Of a stretch of 64,000 nt of DNA, positions 1 through 11,059 are shown piece after piece. Position 1 is the stretch's first letter, and each line of letters starts with the position of its first letter. The translations under genes and the position numbers were made by a program. The stretch is taken from the NCBI RefSeq assembly GCF_016433145.1, contig NC_058133.1:53372120-53436119 (forward strand), written 5' to 3'. Below the pieces are notes generated by a model that saw nothing but the letters and a program-made list of their open reading frames with translations, searched no databases and was not told where the DNA came from. The stretch is from Gracilinanus agilis (taxonomy: Eukaryota).

Positions 1-62
1 ATAGATATAGATATAGATATAGATATAGATATAGATATAGATATAGATATAGATATAGATAT
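1..62. repeat. (ATAGAT)n hexanucleotide microsatellite, truncated by window edge
   Basis: About 10 perfect ATAGAT units read directly. Confidence 0.97.
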
Positions 63-592
63 AATGCAAGTATTTGCCTCTGCCCTGTATAGAGGGCTCT
101 TAAATCCCATCCAATTAGTTTTGCCCAATATTCTCATGTCTTGACGTCTTTTATGATCCTGTTAGCTATCTCACTTCACTTGATGTCATCTGCGAATTTG
201 GCAATAATACCCTCAATATCTTTATCTAAGTTATTAGTGAAAATGTTTACTAGAAAAAAGGCTATGCCTAATACCTTTGTACTCCAATGGAGACCTGCCT
301 GTGTATCTTGTTTGTACATTCTTTCTTGCATTTTGTCTCCTCCAATGGGACTATCCTTTGTTTTTCTTCTGGCCCCCAGCTCTTAGTACAGTGGCCACCA
401 TATGGTGGGTGCTTAATAAATGCTTATTACTGACTGAACAACTTCAAAGTTCAATTACAACCAGTTATAATTACTTTCCACATCATCCCTGAAAAATGAC
501 CATGTAGCCACTGTTTGAAGACTTCTAACGAGTAGACCACACTCCGTTCCAGAGCAGACCATTCAATTTTCAGATAGCTTTAACTTTATGGA

Positions 593-800
593 GGGCTGCT
601 AGGTAGCTGAGTGGATAGAATGCTGAGCTGGAATCAGGAACATTCAGACGTTTACTAGTTGTGTGATCCTGAGCAAGACACTTAACCCTCAGTTCTTCAT
701 CTCCCAAATGAGCTAGAGTAGGAAATGCCAAACCACTCCAGTATCTTTGCCAAGAAAACCCCAAAAATGGGTCATAAGGAGTCAAAATGACTAAACAATG
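593..800 (+). mobile_element. MAR1-type CORE-SINE
   Basis: tRNA-like head (gctaggtagctgagtggatagaatgctg), core cctcagttcttcatct, RTE-like tail ccactccagtatctttgccaagaaaacccc. Confidence 0.85.
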
Positions 801-1149
801 ATTTTTGTGACAGCTTTTCCTGGCATTAAATCTTCAATTTGCTTCCCTGAACTGTCCATTGTTACTCTCAGCTCTGCCAACAAAAGCCTAATCCTTCTAT
901 TTGACCAGAAATCCAATGGGTACTGGGTCAGGATGTGAAATCAATCACCAAGCATTTATTCAGCACCTATTCTATAGAGTACCTATTATAGCCACTGGAA
1001 AATATTAATAAAGAAGTAAAATCTCCCCTTCCTCACTTACCAGATGGGATCACAGGACTGGAGGGGAGTAATATCCAAGGGATATTTGAAATGAGAGGGT
1101 AAAGCAGACTTATTGATTCTCTAGGAATGAAATAACAGGAATTTTTTCA

Positions 1150-1770
1150 GAACTTCATGTTCACAATAAGTGTATAAAGCAATAATGACTAGTATTATTA
1201 TCACCCCCACTTTGCAAACAAGGAAACTGTTTCAGACAGTATAAATGAGTTTACTGGAGCCATTTACTTTTTTAAATTTTATTTGGGGGGGAGGGGATCT
1301 TTAATTAATTAATTAGTTGATTTTGAACATTTTTCTATGGTTACAAGATTCATGTTCTTTCCCTTCCCGCCTCTCACCCTCCTATAACCAATACACAATT
1401 CCACTGGGTTTTACATGTGTCATTGACCAAGACTTATTTCCATATTATTGATATTTGCACTAGGGTGATCATTTAGAATCTACATCCCCAATCATATCCC
1501 CATCAACCCATGTGATCAAGCTGTTGTTTTTCCTCTGTGTTTCTACTCCCAGAGTTCTTCCTCTGAATGTGGATAGCATTCTTTCTCATAAATCCCTCAG
1601 AAATGTCCTGGATCATTACATTGCTGCTAGTAGAGAAGTCCATTATACTGGATTGTACCACAGTGTATCAGTCTCTGTGTATAATGTTCCCTGGAGCTAT
1701 TTAGGCAGCAAATATCTGGGACAAGATTCAAACCCAGCTTTCTCCTGTCTTTAAATTCAGTGCTTCCTGT
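1150..1770 (-). mobile_element. MIR split by a later L1 insertion
   Basis: MIR core (cccactttgcaaacaaggaaactg) left of the L1 and head (gattcaaacccag) right of it. Confidence 0.65.
1267..1690 (-). mobile_element. 5'-truncated L1 (L1_Mdo-type 3' end)
   Basis: T-rich tail, same 3' UTR as the 38.1 kb L1, 13-bp TSD ctggagc(c/t)attta at 1254-1266 and 1691-1703. Confidence 0.9.
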
Positions 1771-1949
1771 TTAACAATACCGCCTCTAAGTATCACATTT
1801 CCTTCAAAAAGGAAGAGAATTTTCAGGGAGAAGAGGAAATAAAATCAAGAGAATGGATGTTCCTGAAGTAGCCTGACTAAGGAGTCATTCCTGAACTTTC
1901 TCACATTATTCCCATCTCCAAATTCTATGGTCCAGGCAAACTGAGCTTC

Positions 1950-2460
1950 TTACTATTCACCCTATATATCCATATCCATCTCCCACCTTTGCACTGGTTG
2001 ACCACCAGGCTCAGAATTCATTCCTTGTTCACATCTGTCTTGGAATTCCATTTCCTTCAAAACTATGTCCAGGAGGCATCTTCTACATGAAATTTCCTGT
2101 TTTCTCAAGATACTTACCTCCCACTCCCCACCCCAAAAAATGTCTATAATGCCTCTATATCATATGCACTAGTTCATATATATGTCTTTCCTGATGGAAT
2201 ATAAGCTCATAGGATCAAAAAGCTAAAGTCAAAAAGGCATCCAAAGATTTTCTAGTCCATCTACTTTGTTTTATAATGGAGCCACCAGGAGATCAGTGAA
2301 GTTAGTTGACTTTCCCAAAGTCAGACAGTTAGAGAGAATTAAAGGCCAGATTCTCAGATTTCAAACCCAGCAGTCTTTCCATTGTGTTAATCTGCCTCCC
2401 TTGAGGATAGAGATTGTTTAATTTTGTCTGCACATAGTAAGTGCTTTTTAAAATACTTCC
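1950..2460 (+). mobile_element. L2 3' fragment with embedded minus-strand MIR3-like element (about 2215-2400)
   Basis: L2 tail motifs (cttctacatgaaatttcctg; gcacatagtaagtgct) flanking MIR-like sequence. Confidence 0.6.
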
Positions 2461-2659
2461 TAGATGATCTATTCCAGGGTAGATAAGTTGGAGATGCCAT
2501 ATATTCAGCTTGGATTGGCCAAGAATAAATGGAGATGTCCAGTAGCCCTGACCATTCATTAAGGATTTAATAAAAGAAAACTCAGATATGAATAACAGTG
2601 CTTTTGTGGAATTAAAAACACATTTAAATGAAAATAGGATTGCTGCTTTTTAATTAAAC

Positions 2660-2702
2660 CTGCTGACTGAAACCCAACCCCATATAGTACATCACTTGTT
2701 TG
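2660..2702 (-). other. Candidate 43-nt exon (QTSDVLYGVGFQSA in phase 0)
   Basis: Strong acceptor ctttctttttaattttcttccag on minus strand; weak donor CAG|gtttaa; no homolog recognised. Confidence 0.2.
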
Positions 2703-3377
2703 CTGGAAGAAAATTAAAAAGAAAGGGAAGTTTTAATAATCCAAGGTTTCTCTTTACATAGAAATGCAAGGCAGCACTCATAAAAAGAGCCATCGATCCA
2801 TCTTTGATTCCTTGCCCTTTTTAAAAATTTTAGTTAGGTGCAAAGTATTTAATAAACTGTGTCTGCACGACTCTGATCCATTTGACCCTGTCAGTGGAAA
2901 TCAGGCACCTGAACCCATATTATCCCCATGAACAAGGCAAAAAATAACTGGGATATAAGGACAGGAGCCACCTCCCCTAAGATTCTCATTACAAAAGTCC
3001 CTTCTCTGAAAACACCTCTTCATTCATAATTCTCTCTTTAAAAGCCCAGTGAGTCCATGGGAATTGCCGTGATCCCACCTCAGAGGGCTAGTACTTATTG
3101 GATTTGAATATGAGGCTCTGGCTTGTTTGATTTTAAAAAAATAAAAAAGGAAGAAAGAAAACTGAGGCCATTAAACCTCATTACATTAGGCTTAGTGATA
3201 ATTAGGAAGAGATAATTAGAACTTTATTTTCATTTTAATCAATCAAGGTTTTATTAAGAATTTTTTAAGGTATATTTTATCTTCATGGAGCCTGAAATAG
3301 AAGTAAAAAAATAAATAGACTTGCAACTCTTGCCTTTATGATAATAAAAGCAAAAACCACCACCTTGAAAGGAGTGT

Positions 3378-3530
3378 ACGATCATAGATGAAGAGTTCAG
3401 AGGTCAGTTAGTCCAGTCTCTTCATTTTACAGATTAGGAAACTGATACTGAGGAAAATGAAGCAACTTTCTCAAGGCCACACACATACTAAATAGCAAAG
3501 GAGGGATTTGAACCCAAATCTTTGGGCTCC
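3378..3530 (-). mobile_element. MIR3-like SINE
   Basis: ttcattttacagattaggaaactga core and ggatttgaaccca B-box remnant. Confidence 0.7.
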
Positions 3531-3654
3531 TGACCTCTGACTTTGTGTCTCTGAGCAAACTAGTATCGTGGATTGGTGAAGCTCTCCATTGTAAAATGCA
3601 ATGGCATCATCATAATAGCAACAACACATAAACAAACAAAAGTTAAATACTTAC

Positions 3655-3742
3655 ATCCTTAACGTCAAGTGAAAGCAATTTTCCGGAAACCAATTTGACC
3701 TGTCTGCTAGGCCAGGAGTGATGGTTTACCCTTTCCCCAAAC
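3655..3742 (-). other. Candidate 88-nt exon (FGERVNHHSWPSRQVKLVSGKLLSLDVKD) or regulatory element
   Basis: Acceptor cctttgctctag, consensus donor GAT|gtaagt, one open frame; no homolog recognised. Confidence 0.25.
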
Positions 3743-3798
3743 CTAGAGCAAAGGTAGGAAACAGGTACACTTTTTAAATTTCATCACAGGGAACTCCC
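3660..3798. promoter_or_regulatory. Cluster of CRE-like, IRF/PRDM1-like, STAT/ETS-like and kappaB motifs
   Basis: taacgtca 3660-3667, aagtgaaag 3667-3675, ttccggaa 3681-3688, gggaactccc 3789-3798 in non-repetitive DNA; motif matches only. Confidence 0.3.
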
Positions 3799-4115
3799 TT
3801 TCCAAAAGTGATGAAAGCTGATGGAGAGGAATGAAAGTTGTTCCTACAAAACCTAAAAGGGATGACAGCTAAAATGGACACTTTTTTTAAAAATCAGCAT
3901 TTTAATCATTTTTATATCTCTTCCACTCAAAAAAGGCCTAATACTCTATACTTCTTTCCACATTCTAGGACACTATGTCATCTTGATGTACATGTCAAGA
4001 TTCTGCTAATACCCATGGTGATTCCATCCATGTACCCCTAGGACAATGTCATCTTGAGCTAATTCAGAATATGTGGGATATGCACTCCTTGATAAGCATT
4101 TATTGCTGCATTAAA

Positions 4116-4170
4116 ATGGATTGGATCTCCATCATTTCACTTCATCCTTTCTTCACATCTCCATGCAGAG
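4116..4170 (+). CDS. Candidate first coding exon MDWISIISLHPFFTSPCR (phase 1)
   Basis: aaaATGG Kozak context, strong donor GAG|gtgagc; no homolog recognised. Confidence 0.2.
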
Positions 4171-4252
4171 GTGAGCTGCAAAATGATCCCCAAATCAGAT
4201 TGGGGTGGGAACTGGAGCATGGAAGTAATTAGCTCCAATGCTAGCCACTCTT

Positions 4253-4505
4253 TTGTTGTTGGTCAGTGGTTTTTCTGTCATGTCCGACTCTTTGTGACCC
4301 TATTTGGGGTTTTCTTGGCAAAGACCCCGAAGTAGTTTGCTATTTCCCTCTCCATTTTATTTGACAGAAGAGGAAACTGAGGCAAACAGGATTAAGTGGC
4401 TTGCCCAGAGTCACACAGCTAGTAAATGTCTGAGGATAGATTTGAACTCAAGTCTGCCTGACTCTAAGCCCATTGCTCTATCCACTACGCCACTTGACTG
4501 CCTGC
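4253..4505 (-). mobile_element. MAR1-type SINE, near full length
   Basis: gtcatgtccgactctttgtgaccc...ttttcttggcaaaga tail, core and head in reverse. Confidence 0.9.
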
Positions 4506-5059
4506 TAGCTACTATGACTCATATCTGGGTTGGCATGAAGGTAGACAATGATGGAGAATAGGTGTCCTTTCTTGTACCCAGAAGACATCTTCCAGGAGAT
4601 GGGACTAGTTCCAATTTCTGAATACCAAGGAAGTATCTCTTCCCTACAAATTTGTTCCCTACAAATTGACGTGATTGTTTTTCCTCTATGTAAACATCAC
4701 CACCGTGTATCCCAGAGAGGTCTCGCCTTCCCTGAACCCCATCAAGGGTACCAAGTCAAAATCTCCACCTTAGATTTTAGGAACACTTTATTTTCTCTAT
4801 GTCCCTCTCTCCCCAACTATCTCTACCACATGCCTCAAGGAAACTATGTATGGCATTTATATCTAACATAGATATGATATTTACTGTGTGCCTTTGAGAC
4901 TCGTGCAATTTTCTAAGGCTGCAAATCATAGACTCAAATTATGATCTCTACCATCTAATGAGACAATATATGTAAAGCACTATTCAAACCTTAAAGCACT
5001 ATATCACCATGACTATATCAGGAAGAATTGATATAATTACACCGATGACACTGAAAAAG

Positions 5060-5250
5060 ATAGCAGAGTGTAGTAGGTACAGGACTGAGATTGGAGTCAG
5101 AAAGACATTGTTTTGATTTAAACCTCTGACACTTACTAGCTGTGTGATTCTGGGCAAATAATTTAACTTCTCTGAGCCTCATTTTCTTGTCTATAAAATA
5201 AGGATCAAATATGCAAATTGCTATGCAAACCTTAAAGAACTAAATAACTT
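5060..5250 (+). mobile_element. MIR
   Basis: Head, core tctgagcctcattttcttgtctataaaat and tail. Confidence 0.75.
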
Positions 5251-5549
5251 TATGTAAAGCTTTTGTGTGACTTTATGTAAATAGTTCTTTAAAGGTGAAG
5301 GAGCTCAGTATCTATGGTCTAGTCAATGTACTTTTAGTGAAAAGCTGAGAATAAATAGAGCAGCGATTTCTGAAGCTAGTTTTCAGTTCTTTTAAATTTA
5401 ATAAACATAGATTATAACTTTTAAGGCCCCTTCTACCTTTAAATCTCTGATCCTATAATTAAGTACCTTCTATATGTTCAAAACCATATAAACTTATATG
5501 TTTATCTTATTATGTGTCGTGAAATTTTGAAAAATTTACTCAAATTAAT

Positions 5550-6140
5550 GCAAAACCTAAATGCTTCCTAACTGGTCTCTCTTCCTTCAGTTTCTCTCAT
5601 CTCTAATTCATTCTTCTTCACACGGCTGTCAGTTGACATGACTAAAGCACAGGATTAACTATGTCACTTTCTTGCTTAAAAAACTCCCGTGGCTCCTTTT
5701 CACCCGTAGGATAAAATATAAATTACTGTTTGGCTTTTAAAGTCCTCTACAGCCATGCTCTAAACTGTCTCAACAAACATTTCACAACACTCCACCTCGA
5801 TCACTCCCAGATAAAATAACTTACAAGCAGATTCTTGTTCAAAGAAACTTCCTCCTTCCTTGCCTTTGTCCATATCTCCTCTGCCAGAAAACTTCTCCCT
5901 TCTCACAACAACACTCTTGGGAGTAATATTTACATTCAAGGCCTAGCTCAGACCTTTTTTTATCTCCCCAGTTATTAGTACCACCCCTTAAAATTAATTG
6001 TAGATGTTTAATATTAACTTATCTGTTAACATGTTCTTCCATCAAAAAAAAAGAAAAAAGGGCAGGGCCATTTTTCTCTTTGTATTTTTAGTGGTTTGTT
6101 ACAGTGCCTAGAAAATCATGGGTGCTGAATAAAGGTTTGT
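5550..6140 (+). mobile_element. L2 3' region
   Basis: ctaaagcacaggattaactatgtcac...tggcttttaaagtcct and terminal aataaaggtttgttga. Confidence 0.8.
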
Positions 6141-6289
6141 TGACTTAACTCATCAAAGTAAATTGATCCTACAAACCTTTTTTTGGGAAATCAAAGATTA
6201 TTCTCCATCTCTTTCTTCATTATGGTTACTCATCTACTTTCAAGGAAGTTTAGATTTATCTAAGGCCTTTTTTTGAAGCTATATGATTT

Positions 6290-6800
6290 TATCTATTTTA
6301 TTTTTAAATTTTATTCTTCAAAATAACATTTCAAAATGTAGATATTTTAATAAAATTAACAAAAATCTTTTTCTATTAAATAAAATAGATCCTCCTCACA
6401 CACATGAAAAGCAAAAGTCTTGTAACAAATCTTCACTGTCAAGAAAAACAAATTCTTATGGCCAAGTCCAAAAAGTATGTTTCAGTCTGTAACTGAGGAC
6501 ACCTCTCTAACTAGAGGTAGGTAACATTCTTCATCACTAACCTATTGGAGTTACTGTTGGCCATTGGGTTGATCAGAGTTCGTAAATCTTGCGGAGTTAT
6601 TTTTCTTTACATCATCATTATTATATAAATTAGTTACCTACCTCTGTGCTCTTCATTCTGCATCAGTTCAAACAACTCCTCCAAAGTTTCTCTGAAAACA
6701 TCCATTTTATCATTTCTTATAGCATAATTACCTTTCATCATATTGATATACCATAAATATAGTCATTCCTCAATTGATAGGCATTCTCTTAGTTTTCAAT
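6290..6800 (-). mobile_element. Older marsupial L1 3' end
   Basis: Reverse ORF2 C-terminus/3' UTR motifs (ttcattctgcatcagttca; cattcctcaattgataggcat). Confidence 0.75.
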
Positions 6801-7304
6801 TCACAGGGACTTTACAAAGAGCTGGACATTGCTCCTTCTAAAAGCTTTGGGGAAATGGACTGGTATGTGTAACACAGTAGCTTTTACAAAAGAATATAGG
6901 TATAATTAAAAGGTATAATCACAAATAAACAAACTTATTCCCTCCGATTCATGGGGGATGTAATCCAGCCCCACCTCCATCATCTTCATTTCTGGAGAGG
7001 GAAAAGAGATTAGGTTCATCGCTTAGCTTGGTTCCAGGAGACCAAAGCCCCAGATCCAAACCCCAAAAATTAAAGATGATGATGGTGTGGCTGTGTGACC
7101 CATTCAAAAAACGATGGAATATTGTATTCAGTTCTATATCTGAACATTGATAAACTGAAAAGAATCTAAAGTAAACTAATTTGGATAGTGCCATATCTGA
7201 ATGATAAGAAAACTGAGAATGGTTAGGTTGAAAAAGAGCAGTGTGGGATATCAGACTTTAGCTGCTTGACTAGGTCATAAGGAAATCTCATCACTCATTC
7301 ACCT

Positions 7305-7720
7305 TGTCATGTAACACAAAATATGTATGCATGTGCCTTTTTCAGGCACATTGCCATATCCTGTTAAATGTCCTTGCCTGGATTTGGGAACATATCCTCT
7401 CAGGCCTGGGAACACATCTTGTTGACCCTGAGAACATTTTTATCAGTGTATCCCCCAAAAGACATATGGGAACACCTGGATCTGTTATTTTTTATAGGGA
7501 AGATTGGAGTCTTCCCTATAAAAGAGTATCTCTTAGGTAGAGTGGTACAAGGGATCCATATATCTGCCAGCCATCATTTCCTGCCCATCACCCATGCATA
7601 AGTTGTCTTTAATAAACCTCTTTTTGTTATTCACCATACTGGCTTCTCTGACCTCCTTCTTCCATGGAGCCTTGAGCTTCTGGGAAACTTATTTTCTTGA
7701 GCCTCTTCTGTCACCCAGCA
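7305..7720 (+). mobile_element. Solo-LTR-like element of unrecognised family
   Basis: Starts with TG, three tgggaaca motifs, TATA-like cctataaaag near 7515, aataaa near 7610; second partial copy at 8869-9296. Confidence 0.5.
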
Positions 7721-7796
7721 AGCAGAATAAGGGGACGATGATATTTATCTTTAAGTATTTGATAGTTGTCATGTAAGAAAATATTATGTGATTTGT

Positions 7797-7925
7797 TCTC
7801 TCTCTCTCTCTTTCTCCCTTTCTTTCTCTCTCTCCCTCCATCCCCCTCTACCTCTCTCTCTCTCTTCATATACATACATATACATACACATATTTCACTT
7901 GTATATATGCATATATAATATATAC
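7797..7925. repeat. (TC)n-rich followed by (TA/CA)-rich low-complexity tract
   Basis: Read directly. Confidence 0.85.
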
Positions 7926-8029
7926 ACAGAATAAGTCAAATGATTTTTCTTGAATACATATTTTCTTTGCATATGTATTTGACTTGATTTTTTTTACATG
8001 ACAACCTGTCAAATACTGAAAAAGAGGTC

Positions 8030-8220
8030 TCATGTCCTTCCAAGTCTTCTCTTCTACAACCTAAATATCCCCAATTTCCACAACATATCGTCATAGGCTA
8101 CCATCCTGGTTAATTACCTCAATGCTTTCCAGCTTATCAATGTTCTTTCAAAAATTTAGTGTCCAGAATAAAAAATTATATTCTATTAATTATCTGAGCA
8201 GAGCAGAGTATAGTCAGATT
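8030..8220 (-). mobile_element. L3/CR1 LINE fragment
   Basis: aagtcttctcttctacaacctaaatatcccca...ccagcttatcaatgttcttt resembles the CR1/L3 3' region. Confidence 0.7.
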
Positions 8221-8224
8221 TTTC

Positions 8225-8330
8225 ACTGTCATTATTCAGTTGAGTTTTAGTCATGTCCATCTCTTCATGATCCCTTTTGGGTTTTTCTTGGCAAAGATAT
8301 TGGAGTAGTTTGCCATTTCCTTCTCCAGAT
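8225..8330 (-). mobile_element. MAR1 3' fragment
   Basis: ttttcttggcaaagatattggagtagtttgccatttccttctccag. Confidence 0.8.
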
Positions 8331-8868
8331 AATCACTTCCTTATTCATATTTTAAGGTACTAAAGTTTAAAACTACATTGACCTTGGAGCACCGTATATA
8401 TGCGTGTATATACATATTTATTGTGATTCCCAATCCATTACAGGAACATTCTCAGAAGAATTGCTGGTATTCAAAAGAGGAGATTTTGTGTCAGAGCAGA
8501 TTGAGAAGATTGATAACAGATACAAATATGGATATAGCTACAGACAGAGATAAATACAGATATAGGTAAAGGGACAGGGACAGATAGATATAGATATAGA
8601 TACAGATACAGATAAATAACAGATAAAGGTAAAGAATCAGCTAGAGAATCGATACAGCTACAGATACACTAATTCAATGGATTTCCCACACAATTGCAAG
8701 GAAAATGTAAATTCATTTTGTTTTACCAGTGCAGACATTTACACCAATGAGAATTCTTTTAAAAAATAACTCTTTCTTTCTTAGAATCAGTACTTAGTAA
8801 TCTTAATTAGTAAGGGCTAGGCATTGGGGGTTAAGTGACTTACCCAGGGTCACAGAGCTAGGCAGTAC

Positions 8869-9296
8869 AAGCCAGTATGGCAAATAACAAAAAGAGGTCT
8901 ATTAAAGACAACTTACACATAATTTATGCAATCTGTGATGGCCAGAAGACATATGGATCTCCCTGTACCATCCTACCTAAGAGATAGTCTTTTTTTTTAA
9001 ACCCTTGTACTTCAGTGTATTGTCTCATAGGTGGAAGATTGGTAAGGGTGGGCAATGGGGGTCAAGTGACTTGCCCAGGGTCATACAGCTGGGAAGTGTC
9101 TGAGGCCAGATTTGAACCTAGGACCTCCTGTCTCTAGGCCTGACTCTCACTCCACTGAGCTACCCAGCTGCCCTAAGAGATAGTCTTTTGTAGGGAGGAG
9201 TAAACAAAGGCATGCATAACAGATCCGGGTGTTCACATATGTCTTTTGGGGAGTATACTGATAAAGATGTTCTCAGGGTTGACAAGACTTGTTCCT
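8869..9296 (-). mobile_element. Partial inverted copy of the 7408-7645 LTR-like sequence
   Basis: Reverse complement aligns in blocks to 7408-7645 once the SINE at 8994-9173 is removed. Confidence 0.85.
8994..9173 (-). mobile_element. Young SINE1_Mdo-type element
   Basis: Near-consensus; perfect 16-bp TSD taagagatagtctttt at 8978-8993 and 9174-9189. Confidence 0.93.
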
Positions 9297-9634
9297 TGTT
9301 ATCTCTCTGAGGTTAGATTTGAACCCAGGTCCTCTCAATTTTGATACTCCATCCACTATAAAATTCCCCTTAATGAAAAGCCTTTTTAAGTTTGCCAGGG
9401 CCCTGTGTAATTTCTATAGAAAATATCAACTGTTATTATCTACTTGCTTCCTCTCAGTAAAGAAATGGACATCTTAACCCTTCAAAATGTTACACAATAC
9501 AGCGTTAAATGATATACTTTTGTTACTTTTGCTCTTTTGTATTTCTTGGATACAAAGAATGGTTCAGTGAATGAACAGTATATTAGGAAAGAATGTAGTT
9601 TAAAAAAGGCATAAATAAAAACTTAAAACCTTGG

Positions 9635-9810
9635 TGTTCAGGCTTGGAGATGAGAGGTCCTGGATTCAAGGCTATATATTTGATATTCAAATCTCATATA
9701 CTTCCTAGCTGTGTGGCCCTGGGCAAGCCACTTAACCACATTTGCCTAACCCTTACTTCTCTTCTACCTTAGAATAAATTCTAAGATGGAAGGTAAAGAT
9801 TAAAAATAAT
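9635..9810 (+). mobile_element. SINE1-type element, diverged
   Basis: cttcctagctgtgtggccctgggcaagccacttaacc...cccttac. Confidence 0.8.
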
Positions 9811-9829
9811 TAATGTCATGATTAACAAT

Positions 9830-10045
9830 AAGGGTCAGTATGCCATTGTTAGCCAGCTGGCTTCGTAATCAGGAATAAATGTGTTCCAAGTTCTGCTTTT
9901 TGCGATCCTGGCAAGTCACAACTTCTGAGAGACTCCAGACAACTCTCTAAGAACACAAATTATAGAACACTCATTGACTTCCATGGCTGCAGAAAGTTTC
10001 CCATCTGGGAATTTCCTAACCAAATGAAATCATGAGTCTAAGTGG
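9830..10045 (+). mobile_element. MIR3-related marsupial SINE
   Basis: Tail gggaatttcctaaccaaatgaaatcatgagtc; related copies near 15480, 32130 and 37330. Confidence 0.55.
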
Positions 10046-10222
10046 AAAAAAAAGTTACTAATGGAAATTGTGGGGTTGTCATCCTTAGCCTGAGATTTAC
10101 TATTTGAAATCTAGTTCTAGAATGAATATTTTATCTTGGAATATTTAGAGGATCTCTATATACTTATTGGAGGAAAGGAGAACATCCTTTCACCTTTCTT
10201 CATGTGGGCATGAGCTTACTAC

Positions 10223-10225
<3 letters not shown>

Positions 10226-10282
<57 letters not shown>
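10226..10282. repeat. (TC)n microsatellite
   Basis: Perfect dinucleotide run. Confidence 0.97.
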
Positions 10283-10285
<3 letters not shown>

Positions 10286-10289
10286 TCCA

Positions 10290-10510
10290 AATATTGCTGG
10301 TAATTCTTCATTTTCCATCAACAGCTTTGCTTGGTTTTGACTCCATGGAACATCATAGCCCTGTTCTTGATATCCCCTGGTGCAACCCTCCTTAATGCTT
10401 TTCAGCTTCCTTTTGTGTGTTGTCTTCCCCATTAGATTGTAAACTCCCAGAGGGCAAGGATTATCTTTTTTATCTTTCTTTATCCAGATAGTAAGTGGTT
10501 AATATTTATT
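10290..10510 (+). mobile_element. L2-tailed element (WALLSI/L2-type 3' end)
   Basis: tgtgttgtcttccccattagattgtaaactcccagagggcaagga...aatatttattga. Confidence 0.7.
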
Positions 10511-11059
10511 GAAGTGAAATGAATCAAAAATCATTATGGGAAATAATTCTATAATACCTCAATGGAACTACCATCTAAGAAATGTGAGTTCTCCCTCTAA
10601 AGGCATAGGTACTGCATCCAACACTTTCTAATCCTGTATCATTTGTATACATATCCTCACATAGATCTTCTAGAGAGGAATGACCCAGGATATGGAAGGA
10701 TTTCCTCTAGGTCTCCACATTCTATGAATAGTAATACAGTATTTGGACCATTTATTTATATTTTTCCCTTGATTTCATTATAAACCTCCCTGCTACCTTC
10801 TCTGATCCTCTGCAATATATCCAAATAAATAAAATAATACTTTAAGAAAACAACATGATTGAAGATAATAAATTATAATAAAAATTCACAAAGTTCTTCA
10901 GTAATTAATTCAGTATTTAAAATCATCTAACCATATCACTAGCCTATCACTCTTTTCAATCATGTATTATTATTATCATTAGTTATATTACTTCTTGGTC
11001 AACATGAATTTTAGTACTTGGTATAAACATTAGTAAAAAGGCTACCAGGAAAATAGTCT

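Larger units (their letters stand above)
8760..9360 (-). mobile_element. Older SINE1-type element split by the LTR-like fragment
   Basis: gggtcacagagctaggcag at left resumes as tctgaggttagatttgaacccagg at about 9306. Confidence 0.7.

Noticed and set aside
6949-7194. 81-aa minus ORF with strong acceptor near 6992
   Set aside because: No usable donor or recognisable product.
10190-10432. Poly-ER and poly-SL ORFs
   Set aside because: Translation of (TC)n.
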